Assembly (NCBI GenBank): GCA_964430885.1
Contig: CAYSHM010000005.1
Coordinates: 1 to 64,000 of the forward strand
Direction of reading: 5' to 3'
DNA length: 64,000 nt
Origin: an uncultured archaeon
GTDB lineage: Archaea > Thermoplasmatota > Penumbrarchaeia > JASLWR01
In this document: positions 1 to 9,916 of the stretch, piece after piece
Numbering within the stretch: position 1 is the first letter of the stretch
Layout of the letters: the number at the start of each line of letters is the position of its first letter
Made by a program: the position numbers and the translations under genes
The notes under the pieces: generated by a model
Told to the model about the DNA's origin: nothing
Databases searched by the model: none
Seen by the model: only the letters and a program-made list of their open reading frames with translations

Positions 1-94
1 CCTTCTTGTCCTTCTTGGGTTTGTCCTTGCCCTTCTTATCCTTCTTGTCCTTCTTGGGTTTGTCCTTGCCCTTCTTATCCTTCTTGTCCTTCTT
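1..94 (-). repeat. 39-bp coding tandem repeat (KKDKKDKKGKDKP), at least 2.4 copies
   Basis: Unit ccttcttgtccttcttgggtttgtccttgcccttcttat starts at 1 and 40, with a partial copy at 79. Confidence 0.9.
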
Positions 95-826
95 TTCTTT
101 CTTGGGCATAGCCTTCTTGGCCTTGGATTTGTCTTCAGATTTAGATGATAAAGCCTTCTCCTTTAGGAACTTGCCCTTTCTGCTCCCGTATACCTTCATT
201 ACCTGATACCAGGCTTTTTTCCCGTCTGAAGCCTTGGAATATATGTCTCTTACAGCATCTATCTCTTCAGGTGTAACATCTATCGTTTTTGTTTCCTTTT
301 TCTTCTTTGATTTGCCTTTATCATCCTGCTTCTCAAATGATATGGCTTCGGCTTTCAGAAGTTTGCCCTTTCTGCTGCCATAGGTTTTCATTATTCTATA
401 CCAGGCTTTCTTACCATCCTTACTAGCAGCATAGATCTTTTTTACATCTTCTATCTCTTGAGGAGTGATCTTGGGATCTTCCTTTGACTTTTTCTCTTTT
501 TTGTGGGATTTCTTGTATTTCTTATCCTTTTTCTTTGTATCTTTCTTGTCCTTCTTCGGCTTGCCCTTGCTCTTCTCATCCTTTTTCTTATCAGCTATTT
601 CAGAAGATGATATTTTCCAATTCACACTCAATTTCAACTGGACCTCTCCATCATCACCAATTGCCTTTACTTTAACCTGGGATTTCTTTGGAATATCCAC
701 TTTCCAACCAATTACACCATCACTAATTTTCAATTTATCCTTCTCTATGTTCTTAGCAATCTTTTTCAGAATTTTAATTAATTCTTTGCTTTTCACCTTA
801 TTACCATACTTGATTTGGCTTGCCAC
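1..826 (-). CDS. Amphi-Trp-like N-terminal domain protein with two 43-aa repeats and Lys-rich tracts (3' end runs off the window)
   Basis: Manual translation from GTG at 826, with SD AGGTGAT at 831-837: MASQIKYGNKVKSKELIKILKKIAKNIEKDKLKISDG...EVQLKLSVNWK. No stop codon down to position 1. Absent from the ORF track because its stop lies outside the window. Confidence 0.8.
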   Translation of the reverse strand, partial: MASQIKYGNKVKSKELIKILKKIAKNIEKDKLKISDGVIGWKVDIPKKSQVKVKAIGDDGEVQLKLSVNWKISSSEIADKKKDEKSKGKPKKDKKDTKKKDKKYKKSHKKEKKSKEDPKITPQEIEDVKKIYAASKDGKKAWYRIMKTYGSRKGKLLKAEAISFEKQDDKGKSKKKKETKTIDVTPEEIDAVRDIYSKASDGKKAWYQVMKVYGSRKGKFLKEKALSSKSEDKSKAKKAMPKKEKKDKKDKKGKDKPKKDKKDKKGKDKPKKDKK

Positions 827-1365
827 AATTATCACCTGTCAACCATATTTCATTCAAATATCTCCGAAGCGTATTGTAAATCAATTAACGAAAACAATAC
901 AATTCATCATAGTTTTACCAATTTATCCCTCAGCTTACACTGTAAAATTTAATTATTTACAATTAACTTGGACCCCGAATAATTCTTCCCCTAATTAATT
1001 CTTATAATATAAGTAATTTGTATTATCTTTAAATATTAATTAATAATTATAAATTATAATTAAATATACCACTTCATAACTAATCTTATTTATTGAAAAG
1101 GTAATTTATGGAAATCAATACTAATTTAATTGGTTCTGCGATTTGGTAAAAATTAATGAAATAGTAACTTTTTGAAAGTATATGATTTTGATACTATCCC
1201 TCATTGACACTATTCTACTCTTAAACCCTTCTGCGAGGTTATGAAAAAGAATTTTATACTATGCTTTTATATCATTGATTTAAACTAACAGTGGATGATT
1301 ATCAACTAGGATTTGATCCAGCTTAATGATGCATGTTTTACGCTCTGATGGAGGAGGAATGAGAT

Positions 1366-4300
1366 ATGAGTGATGAGAAAAGAGCCCGAGAGCTTCTCGA
1401 TAGATTAAATGTTGAATTTGAGAACGAAATAAGCGGAATTGATTACGGGAAAGCAAAAAGACTATTTAAGAGAGGTAAAAAAAGCTTTTCATATGGCGAT
1501 TATGGAAAATCGATTTCATACCTTGAAGATGCATTGGAGAATATCAATAAAAAACTCGATGAATACCGACAATTGACTCTGACACTGGAGAAGACCCATG
1601 AAAAAATTTCTTATGTCAAGAAGAAAAATGGTAATTACAAGCGCTGGGGTAGAGCTTACCACAAGGCCAAATCCGCATTGGAAGAGAACGATCTTAAAAG
1701 ATGTAATTATTTCATAAAAAAGGCGCTGGAAGGAATTGATGAGGAATACAATCGGCTTTATGAACCTGAAAAACAGATATTCGAAAAGGAATATGAAGAA
1801 GAAATGTTGGAAGAACAATCCGCTGAAAAAATTACTGATGAAGAGGAGGAAGAAGAAGGAGTAATAGATATTTCAAAGGTTGATATGAATAGCATCTGGG
1901 ATGACGATGATGATGACACCAGGATGCAGGAAGAAGGTGAAGAAGAAGGCGGTGCAATCGGGCAAGTTATCCAAGAGGGAGAAGAGACTGAAGAAAAATC
2001 AGAACCTGTCATTGAGGAAGATGTAATTGAAATCGACGGAGATAAAGGGGAGATTGTTGAGGAAGATAGAAAGACCGATGAAGATAAATCGAAAATTGCG
2101 GTAGTATTTGAAGATGATGAAGATGACAAGGAGGAAGAAAGAGAAGAAGACAGACCTGAAGAGAAAGATAAGTATCATCACGAAGGTATGACGGCTGATG
2201 GTCCCGGGCCAGATATTGTTATGGAGGAGGAGGGTAGTTATGGTGAAGAAATTCATCTGCCTGAAGAAGAAAATGAGGGGATAGATCATTATGACGATTC
2301 AACAGGAGAAGGAAATGAAGAGGAGGAGGAGGACGAGGAGAAACCCCAGATAATAATAACTGAAGAAGTAATAGAACCTGAACAGGAACAAATGGGAGAT
2401 CAAAGTATTCATATCGACAATGACCAACAAGAGTATTTCTCCGAGGATAGCGATGAAGTGGAATTAGACAAAAGTGAACAAACATCTGCGGAGGATAACG
2501 CCGACATGCTTACTGAAGAGGATGAATACCAAGTTCAGGGCAATGATAAGCAGGATTCGGATAGCCACCATGATGATGAAATGGAATCGATGCATAGCGA
2601 TGAATTATTCCCCGGTGAGGAATTTCAAGGTTTTTCAGTTGATCCAGACATGAATAATATCGCAGAAACATACCACGAAGATATAATAATGGATGAAAAA
2701 GGAGAAGAATCCCCGAAAGAAGCTTTCGAAATGGATGAAAAAAGAAGTGATGTCCCCAATGATGAGATGGAAGAACTTTACTATGATGAATCCAGTGTCA
2801 TGTATGAAACTGATGAGCCTCAACAAGAGATGAAAGATGAATTTCACTTCGAAGAGGAAGTGGTAGGGGATGAAGAAATGCCACCTCCCCCAGAGATAAC
2901 AGATGACAACAAAACTCCTTATGAGGATAAAGAAGAATTCTCATCCTCTGAAAAACCTTTTGATATGGGACATTCAAATGCAGATTGGGGGTCAGGAGAA
3001 GATGAGGAAGAGGATACTTTTGAAATTTCAACTGAAGATAGCGTGGAGTTCGATAGCAAAGATACTCCTGATACAGATTGGCAAGAAAACGGAGAAGACG
3101 AAGTACCCGAGGAAGTTCCTGAAAGCGGCATCAGAATAGGAAAAGATACCGAAGACGAACTTCAACAAAAGGTAACTGAGATGAATCAATCACTAGCTGA
3201 GCTCCCTCCAGGGATTGACCTGAAAGAAGTTATCTACTGGATAGATAAGGGTGAAAGAGATCTGCAGAGGAAGGATTATAATAATTCCAAAAGGGCCCTA
3301 GATAAAAGCAAAAGACTCTTGAATGAGATATCTGAAGAATATGAAAGAGCAAAGCAGCAGATAAATGAAACAGAAGAAAAAATTAAAAGGGCTAACGAAC
3401 TTGATTTAGATGTGAAGAGGCTTCTTCCTGTAATTAATGATGCAAAATCCAAGTTGGATGATGGGAAATTGGAAGAAGTCAATACAATATGCAACGATGT
3501 TCTCTCCGATGTTCAGGATATACTGGATGAGCAGGAATCCAGAGTTGAGATGCTTTCCTTAAAGGATAAGATTCTGAAATATAAGGAAGAGGGTATTGAC
3601 ATAAAAAGCGCTGCTGAGGTTTTTAATACTGCCGGTATGCTGATGAAGGAGAAAAAATTCCACCAAGTAAGAGAGTTGGCAAGCAAGAGCGATCAATTGG
3701 CCGAATTGAGCAGATCAAAACATATTGCAGATATTACCATTGAAGAAACTGAGGACAGTTTGGGCAAGTTAGAGGAATATGATATAGAAGTAAGCGACCT
3801 GGAAAAGCAACTAGGAGAAATACAAGAACTGCTTGGCCTGGAGAAATACGAGGAAGCTCTGTCTATGTCCGAAGAATTGAAAACGCGCCTGATGGAAAGA
3901 GTGGAACCTATACTCAATGATGAAATGCATAAATTGAAACATCTTGTGGAAGATAACGAAGTATATTTGGACGTTAGTGAAGAAAAGGATGAAATGGAGA
4001 TCGCTGAGAAAAAGGTCCAGCTAGGGCAGGTCGTGGAAGCATTGAATCACATAGTTAAAGCTCAAAAATCCATAGAGAACAATCGTGAGAACGGTTATCC
4101 ACTTGTTAACCTGGAATTCGGCGAGGAAAATCTCATTGAGAACGTATGGAACAGAGCCAAGATTGTTGTGAAGAACACAGGTAAGGTCCATGCAAAGAAT
4201 ATATCAATGAATATTGTAGGCCCTGTTGAGGTCAGGCGGTTGGGAACAATACCCTCTCTGAACTCAAAAGAAGTAAAAGAGATAGAAATCGCTGTAAAAT

Positions 4301-4632
4301 TCGACGGTGGTGGTTCAGTACCTGTGGATGTGGAAATAAACTACAAGAGTAAACTGGATGATGAAACACACGAGAGCAAAGATGGGTTATGGGTGGAAGT
4401 CGGTTCCAAGGCATCCCCTGGAAAGGAAAATGATAAAAGGGGCGGCAGCACAGATAAAAAGAAGAAGAATTCATTGGTCCAGCCAAGAAAGGCAACCAGA
4501 TGTAAGATATGCCTCGGTGTAATCAAACAATCAAGCATTGTCTATGAATGCGGCTGCGGTAGAGAATATCATGAATCCTGCATAGAACGAGTCGGAACCT
4601 GCCCTTCATGCGGCCTTGATTTCCAGGATTAA
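1366..4632 (+). CDS. Large acidic protein: helical repeats, long D/E-rich disordered region, CARDB/Ig-like domain, C-terminal C4HC3 RING/PHD-like finger
   Basis: 1088-aa ORF with GGAGGA SD. Ig-like motif IVVKNTGKVHAKNI. C-terminus CKIC-x12-CGC-x4-H-x2-C-x6-CPSC. Confidence 0.85.
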   Translation: MSDEKRARELLDRLNVEFENEISGIDYGKAKRLFKRGKKSFSYGDYGKSISYLEDALENINKKLDEYRQLTLTLEKTHEKISYVKKKNGNYKRWGRAYHKAKSALEENDLKRCNYFIKKALEGIDEEYNRLYEPEKQIFEKEYEEEMLEEQSAEKITDEEEEEEGVIDISKVDMNSIWDDDDDDTRMQEEGEEEGGAIGQVIQEGEETEEKSEPVIEEDVIEIDGDKGEIVEEDRKTDEDKSKIAVVFEDDEDDKEEEREEDRPEEKDKYHHEGMTADGPGPDIVMEEEGSYGEEIHLPEEENEGIDHYDDSTGEGNEEEEEDEEKPQIIITEEVIEPEQEQMGDQSIHIDNDQQEYFSEDSDEVELDKSEQTSAEDNADMLTEEDEYQVQGNDKQDSDSHHDDEMESMHSDELFPGEEFQGFSVDPDMNNIAETYHEDIIMDEKGEESPKEAFEMDEKRSDVPNDEMEELYYDESSVMYETDEPQQEMKDEFHFEEEVVGDEEMPPPPEITDDNKTPYEDKEEFSSSEKPFDMGHSNADWGSGEDEEEDTFEISTEDSVEFDSKDTPDTDWQENGEDEVPEEVPESGIRIGKDTEDELQQKVTEMNQSLAELPPGIDLKEVIYWIDKGERDLQRKDYNNSKRALDKSKRLLNEISEEYERAKQQINETEEKIKRANELDLDVKRLLPVINDAKSKLDDGKLEEVNTICNDVLSDVQDILDEQESRVEMLSLKDKILKYKEEGIDIKSAAEVFNTAGMLMKEKKFHQVRELASKSDQLAELSRSKHIADITIEETEDSLGKLEEYDIEVSDLEKQLGEIQELLGLEKYEEALSMSEELKTRLMERVEPILNDEMHKLKHLVEDNEVYLDVSEEKDEMEIAEKKVQLGQVVEALNHIVKAQKSIENNRENGYPLVNLEFGEENLIENVWNRAKIVVKNTGKVHAKNISMNIVGPVEVRRLGTIPSLNSKEVKEIEIAVKFDGGGSVPVDVEINYKSKLDDETHESKDGLWVEVGSKASPGKENDKRGGSTDKKKKNSLVQPRKATRCKICLGVIKQSSIVYECGCGREYHESCIERVGTCPSCGLDFQD

Positions 4633-4696
4633 ATTAGGCTTTTTGAATATTTAGATTCTGAATAATAACCTTTGGAGTGTCATCTACAGAATATAT

Positions 4697-5923
4697 TTAA
4701 TCACCGATTATTACTATTGTCCCGGTCAATTTGTTGGCCAGTCTCTGTTTTGTTAGGGGATGGAATACCGCATATATGGCATCTATCAGATTCAATATCG
4801 GAAATATTTTGAAGAAAGATTGGATTATTCCCCTACCGAGGTCAATATATTCAAAATCCATATCTGTAACATATATATTGCAGATCCTTTTCCCAAACCC
4901 CCGTCCAAATATTGTCTCGGTAATGATGAAATATAGCATACCCACCAGGAAATAGATACCTATCCACCATTGTATCCATCCTGTAACAACTATAAGCATT
5001 ATTGAAAGACCAACAATCATTACCAGATCTAAAATATAGGCCAGGAACCTTCTATAAAGGGGTGAAAGGGGGGTTCCAGTATCCACAACATTCTCAATGA
5101 TATGTTTCTCATTCTTTGTGGCCATTCCCCTTCTTTTTTCAAGCCTCCTCTTAACCCGCGAAAGATCCACTCTCCTGTCCGATCTCTTCTGGGCCCTAAC
5201 CCGGTATTTATCCAATTTTTTCTCTCTTCTGGAGACAACAAAATGATTTAAACCCCGTCCGCCAGACTCAGGAGATTTCTTTTTCTCCGCTTTCTTGGGC
5301 GGTTTTTTCTTTTTCTCTTTTTCCTTCTTTTTCCTACCTAACCTCAAACCTATCTTTTTCTTCCCTTTAGGTGGTTTTTCTTTCTTGACCAAAAGTGGTT
5401 TCTTTTCCGATTTCGTTTTTATCTCTTCAATAGGTTCAGGTTCTAGCACCGGAGCTTTTTTCACCTTTACAGGGACAAGTTCTTCCTTTTTGGGACGGGA
5501 TATCGGCTCGACGGGTATTTCTTTCTTTTCAGGTGCTTTATCGGTTGGCTCTGGCTTACCTTCCTGTTTCTTAGAAAAAACATTTTTTACACGGCCGAAG
5601 AAACCTTTCTTATCTTTCTTGGACTTCTTTTTCTTGGCCTTTTTATCTGCTCCAGAGTCCTTTTTATCCATCTCATAAGAAGTCGAAGGTGTAGATGTGG
5701 CGGTTTTCATTTTAAAAGTCGATCTGCTGACAGATTCCAAATCATCAATATCCCCTGAATCCAGGTCTACTGTGAAATCCGGAGACTCAAAACCCTCTAA
5801 CCTGGATTTGCCTCGGGATCTGCGCTCTCCTCTACCGCCACCTAAGGAATCTATACGGGCGCTGATATCATCAAATTTATTAAATGAAAGGTCTTTGTTA
5901 TCCTCTAGATCTCCAGACGACAT
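4697..5923 (-). CDS. RDD-family membrane protein with long Lys-rich N-terminus
   Basis: RDD motifs: RRFLAYILD, GRGFGKRICNIYV, QRLANKLTGTIVI. Confidence 0.85.
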   Translation of the reverse strand: MSSGDLEDNKDLSFNKFDDISARIDSLGGGRGERRSRGKSRLEGFESPDFTVDLDSGDIDDLESVSRSTFKMKTATSTPSTSYEMDKKDSGADKKAKKKKSKKDKKGFFGRVKNVFSKKQEGKPEPTDKAPEKKEIPVEPISRPKKEELVPVKVKKAPVLEPEPIEEIKTKSEKKPLLVKKEKPPKGKKKIGLRLGRKKKEKEKKKKPPKKAEKKKSPESGGRGLNHFVVSRREKKLDKYRVRAQKRSDRRVDLSRVKRRLEKRRGMATKNEKHIIENVVDTGTPLSPLYRRFLAYILDLVMIVGLSIMLIVVTGWIQWWIGIYFLVGMLYFIITETIFGRGFGKRICNIYVTDMDFEYIDLGRGIIQSFFKIFPILNLIDAIYAVFHPLTKQRLANKLTGTIVIIGD

Positions 5924-6229
5924 ATATATCTCATCCCTGATATTGAATGGATCAATTGGTTGCCACTATCCAATATAAAAATATTGTTAGGGCATTTATA
6001 ATTATGTTTATTTACAACTTAATATTAAAATAGCCACTACCTTTCTCTCCCATATTTCATTTTACCTATATATGCTATATGGTATTATGGACTGGTAAAA
6101 TACACAGAAGAATAAACAGGAAAAATGACTGAAAAAGTATACCCATTTAATACCAGGAAGAAGAAATAATAACAACTCGCAGGACCGAATATCCTGAAGA
6201 TTTGGATTGCAGATATGATTCTACTTTTA

Positions 6230-7969
6230 CTATTCTTCTTTATCTTCATCTTTTTCCTTCTCAGATGTCGAAGCGTTAGGTTTCCTGCTTTTTATGAGTA
6301 TCAGAACAATAATCATGATCACAATACATATGCAGACAATTATCACAATCACATATTCCGCATCGGTCTTTTCCACTTCAACTATTTCACTTATTGATGG
6401 GTCCTTTATACCGTCAGATAATTTCACCTGTACCTTGTCACCATCATCCATCTCTGATGAAGAAGCTGCGTATACCCATCTGGTCTTCCCTACCGCCTCG
6501 ATCCAATCACCGTCGCCGACCTTCACCATCACTTCATGGTCCATTTCTGAAGTGTCGATTTCCCCATAATCAACAGATCCTTTTATGGTCACAATATCAT
6601 CGCTCTTATCTTGCGAAGTAATCTTCAATTCCGGAGTAGAGGACTTGTCCAATTTAACCTGTACTAAGGGATTTGTAAACTGAGAAACCTCATTATCGGT
6701 TGATTGACCGTCTTTGGATACTGTAATTGTATAAGGTACAAAACTTTTCACCTTCCCTGAGGAATCAACTTCCAGATAGTCCAAACCTAGGAGAATTGTG
6801 CTCTTATCTCCAAGGGATTTGGAGGTGACCTCGGTACCAAAAGCATCCTTGACTGTAATGGTGGTACCTTTAATGGGGTATCCATCCCTGTTAACCGCCT
6901 GGAATACAATATGTTTCTCCGAGGTTATTATCCCGCCATATACGTTGTTGTTCTGTTCAATGTCGCAGTCCACCATTTCAATGGAAGCTGCCTGGATTCC
7001 TTCAAATATGTTGTTGGTGATGGTTCCGATTGTATTTTCCGCATAAATGCCTACTGCATTATTTGAAATTACATTTTCTTCGATACTGACATTATAGCTG
7101 TATCTCATGAATATACCATTCTCTTTGCTGCTCGATATGTTATTATTCCCAATATGACCCTGACTATTCACAAATGCAATACCTATTTTGTCACCTTGAA
7201 AAATATTGCCCTCTATTGTGGGATCTGCGTTTGTGGAATATATTCCATACTCCCCACTGTTCTTGAAGGTGTTATTCAAGATTATGGTTTCCGAGCTTGA
7301 ATCCGCAAGAATTCCGTAGAAATCACACCCGTCAAAAATATTGTCAACTATTGTTGGATGAGGATTAGGTTCTCCGCCACCAACCCTGACACCTATATTC
7401 CTGACGCTTATATAACATCCAGAGATAAAAGGGGAACTTTTTACCACCTTTACCCCGTATTTCCCTATATTCCGCATAGTGCAGTTCTTTATGGTCACAT
7501 CGCACCGGTCTGGCTGAACACCCTGTGTACTGTACTCTATGATACAGTGCTCCATAATACTTGTAGGGTCCGCCTGTTTGTGGAATTTAACCTTATCCCA
7601 GTCGTAAGGGGCGGGATTTGTAGAGTTGGAGGTGAAAAGAATTGGGTTATCGGCAGTCCCTCTTGCTATCAATTTACCGTATACCCTGAATGTATGAGGA
7701 TTGCCTTCCATGGCTCCTGCATAGGTGAACTTTATGGTAACTCCTGGTTCGATTATCATGGTATCACCTTCTTCCACCTTGAACTTCCCTGTTACATAGT
7801 GTGTGGAATTTGCTTCCCATACAATTGTCTGACCTTCTTCATTTCTTGTTTTAGCGGCCGCTAGTACAGAAAGTGATCCTATTGTGATAGCGCTCCCCAA
7901 TAGAACAGCGGCAATAAACATAATTTTTACTACACCAAAATAAGTTCGGTACTTCGAGTAATCATTCAT
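6230..7969 (-). CDS. Right-handed beta-helix (NosD/PbH1-like) surface protein with C-terminal TM anchor
   Basis: Signal peptide, GKLIARGTADNPILFTS motif, repeated I..N.F...GI turns, C-terminal hydrophobic helix followed by KSRK. Confidence 0.85.
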   Translation of the reverse strand: MNDYSKYRTYFGVVKIMFIAAVLLGSAITIGSLSVLAAAKTRNEEGQTIVWEANSTHYVTGKFKVEEGDTMIIEPGVTIKFTYAGAMEGNPHTFRVYGKLIARGTADNPILFTSNSTNPAPYDWDKVKFHKQADPTSIMEHCIIEYSTQGVQPDRCDVTIKNCTMRNIGKYGVKVVKSSPFISGCYISVRNIGVRVGGGEPNPHPTIVDNIFDGCDFYGILADSSSETIILNNTFKNSGEYGIYSTNADPTIEGNIFQGDKIGIAFVNSQGHIGNNNISSSKENGIFMRYSYNVSIEENVISNNAVGIYAENTIGTITNNIFEGIQAASIEMVDCDIEQNNNVYGGIITSEKHIVFQAVNRDGYPIKGTTITVKDAFGTEVTSKSLGDKSTILLGLDYLEVDSSGKVKSFVPYTITVSKDGQSTDNEVSQFTNPLVQVKLDKSSTPELKITSQDKSDDIVTIKGSVDYGEIDTSEMDHEVMVKVGDGDWIEAVGKTRWVYAASSSEMDDGDKVQVKLSDGIKDPSISEIVEVEKTDAEYVIVIIVCICIVIMIIVLILIKSRKPNASTSEKEKDEDKEE

Positions 7970-8130
7970 TCTATCACTCCATTAGATTTCAAAATTCACC
8001 AGCCTTTTTCTAATATATATTGTTATTGGTACGTCATTTTAATCCATTTCATCTGTTCTTAACCAAGGCATGAAATAGATTGTTAGAGTATATTTTCACT
8101 ATTCAAAAGTTTTAGAATACAGGAAAAATC

Positions 8131-8164
8131 CAAAAAAAATCCCGATAGGAAAACTCCTACCGGG
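8131..8164 (-). terminator. Hairpin plus T-tract downstream of the 8189-9766 gene
   Basis: Minus strand reads CCCGGTAGGA-GTTT-TCCTATCGGG followed by A and a T-run. The G-U pair forms only on the minus strand. Confidence 0.55.
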
Positions 8165-8188
8165 AAAACACCAAGCTGTCGAAAGGTA

Positions 8189-9766
8189 TTACTTTTTTCT
8201 TCTAATCAGTGCAATGCTTATGATTATCAGTATAATTAGGACAACTACACCTATGATAATAATGGGTGTATAGGATGTACCTTCTTCTACTGTATATTCA
8301 TAGGTTGCAGCCGGATAGGAACCTCCGGAAGGCTCCTCTAAGTATATACTGCCAGGTGCGGCAATACTGTTTATTATCAATTTACTTCCAAGATCTCCCT
8401 GCACCTCACCTTCGTATTCCTTCTCATCAAGAACATTTCCGTCCTTCTTAACTGTAACCTTTAGCTCATACCAATCGTCACCGTTATCGGAAAGTCCTAT
8501 TGTATAGGCATTATTCTCCGTATTCGCTATAGTAACCTTAGTATACTCATCTCCGGAGATTACTGTAGAACCCGGTATGGCATCCTCATTGCCCGATCTT
8601 ACTTCCACGCCTTCCCCCGTATGCCGACCCTCATTGTCGAACACATGGAGATATTTATCTGAATGGAGTTCAATCTCGATTGTAATTCCATCATCCCAGG
8701 GAACTATGGGTGCTGAAAGCGCATTTAGGGCATACAATGTAGCGACCTCTGGGACATTCTCCCACCAGTAATCTGCTTCAGAATTCACCCAAAATCCTTC
8801 TTCATTCTGAATTTCGGCTAGGCGTGAAGTCAAACTGTTATACCAGTTACCCAGAGGTTTACCATAAAGGGTCATTGCCCTCGCATAGGTCCAATAATAA
8901 TAATAAAGGCCAGTTTGTCCAATACCGGGGTTCTCAGTGAAAGTATGATGATCATTCATCCAGGCTACGGCACTAGTTACTCGGTCATCACTTCTATCCA
9001 CTCCACTAAGGATGTAGCACCAGATACCTGCTGCCGTCATACTTCCATAGGATGTCTCATCACCAGCGTGGGAATATCCTGGAAAATACATGAAGCCTCC
9101 GTCATCATACTGAGCCCAATCGCTGTTTGTGGATTTAAGATTCTGAGATCGTGTGGCAAATAGCTCCACACCTTCCCAAGTACTATCTTTAATATCAATG
9201 TTGAATACCGTGGAAGCCGAATGAAGAGCCATAACCGCAAATTGGTTGTTCGAAAGGTCGGGACGGCCGTCTCCGCCATAACCTATACCGCCTTCCCACC
9301 AAACTTCATCGGAATTTTCTTCAGTTTTCTGAACACTCTCCAAATACCTTACTGCGTCCTCAACCTCATCCTTGTAGTCCGGGTTTCTAGTTGCGGTCAA
9401 TGCTACAATACACAGAGAAGTCTCATAGACAACATTTGTTCCAGAAGTAAATGAACCATCTGGACTTCTTGTGCTTATAATATAATCAACAGCATTGGTT
9501 ACAACAGGATCATCAGTATCATATCCTGCATTTAAAAATGCCATTACTCCCATGGCTGTAACGCCAGGATTATATACCCATGAACCATCAGCAGTCTGAC
9601 GGGTCTTCAACCAATCCAAACCCTGATCTATCCTGCTCCGCGCGGTATCAGCATAATCGGTCTCAGCGGTTTCCTGTGCCGTTCCCATTGTTATTAATCC
9701 AGGCATTAATAGGACCAAAAATGCCAAGATTACAATACCTCTTTTCAAATGACTACCTTTCGACAT
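8189..9766 (-). CDS. Secreted, membrane-anchored prenyltransferase/squalene-cyclase-repeat (alpha/alpha barrel) protein
   Basis: QW-like repeats (LKTRQTADGSW, LAEIQNEEGFW), GGIGYG..RPDLSNNQFA, YGSMTAAG, YYYYWTYARA. Signal peptide and C-terminal TM helix followed by RRKK. GGTGAT SD. Confidence 0.85.
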   Translation of the reverse strand: MSKGSHLKRGIVILAFLVLLMPGLITMGTAQETAETDYADTARSRIDQGLDWLKTRQTADGSWVYNPGVTAMGVMAFLNAGYDTDDPVVTNAVDYIISTRSPDGSFTSGTNVVYETSLCIVALTATRNPDYKDEVEDAVRYLESVQKTEENSDEVWWEGGIGYGGDGRPDLSNNQFAVMALHSASTVFNIDIKDSTWEGVELFATRSQNLKSTNSDWAQYDDGGFMYFPGYSHAGDETSYGSMTAAGIWCYILSGVDRSDDRVTSAVAWMNDHHTFTENPGIGQTGLYYYYWTYARAMTLYGKPLGNWYNSLTSRLAEIQNEEGFWVNSEADYWWENVPEVATLYALNALSAPIVPWDDGITIEIELHSDKYLHVFDNEGRHTGEGVEVRSGNEDAIPGSTVISGDEYTKVTIANTENNAYTIGLSDNGDDWYELKVTVKKDGNVLDEKEYEGEVQGDLGSKLIINSIAAPGSIYLEEPSGGSYPAATYEYTVEEGTSYTPIIIIGVVVLIILIIISIALIRRKK

Positions 9767-9916
9767 AAATTATCACCTATCTTTCTTTTATGAAATCTCA
9801 ATTTGATTAATGAATAACCTCTTGTTCTATACTTAATTACTATATGCATTATTCCAAATTACCGAATGGGACCTGCAAAGTCCAATTCGAAATTAGTTCT
9901 GAAATTGGTTTTGGAT

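Noticed and set aside
6-998. Plus-strand ORFs 6-206 and 465-998 (F/L/S-rich, membrane-looking)
   Set aside because: Antisense shadows of the Lys-rich minus-strand gene, which has an SD site and internal repeats.
1516-4538. Many short Ser/Phe-rich minus-strand ORFs
   Set aside because: Shadows of the Glu/Asp-rich 1088-aa gene.
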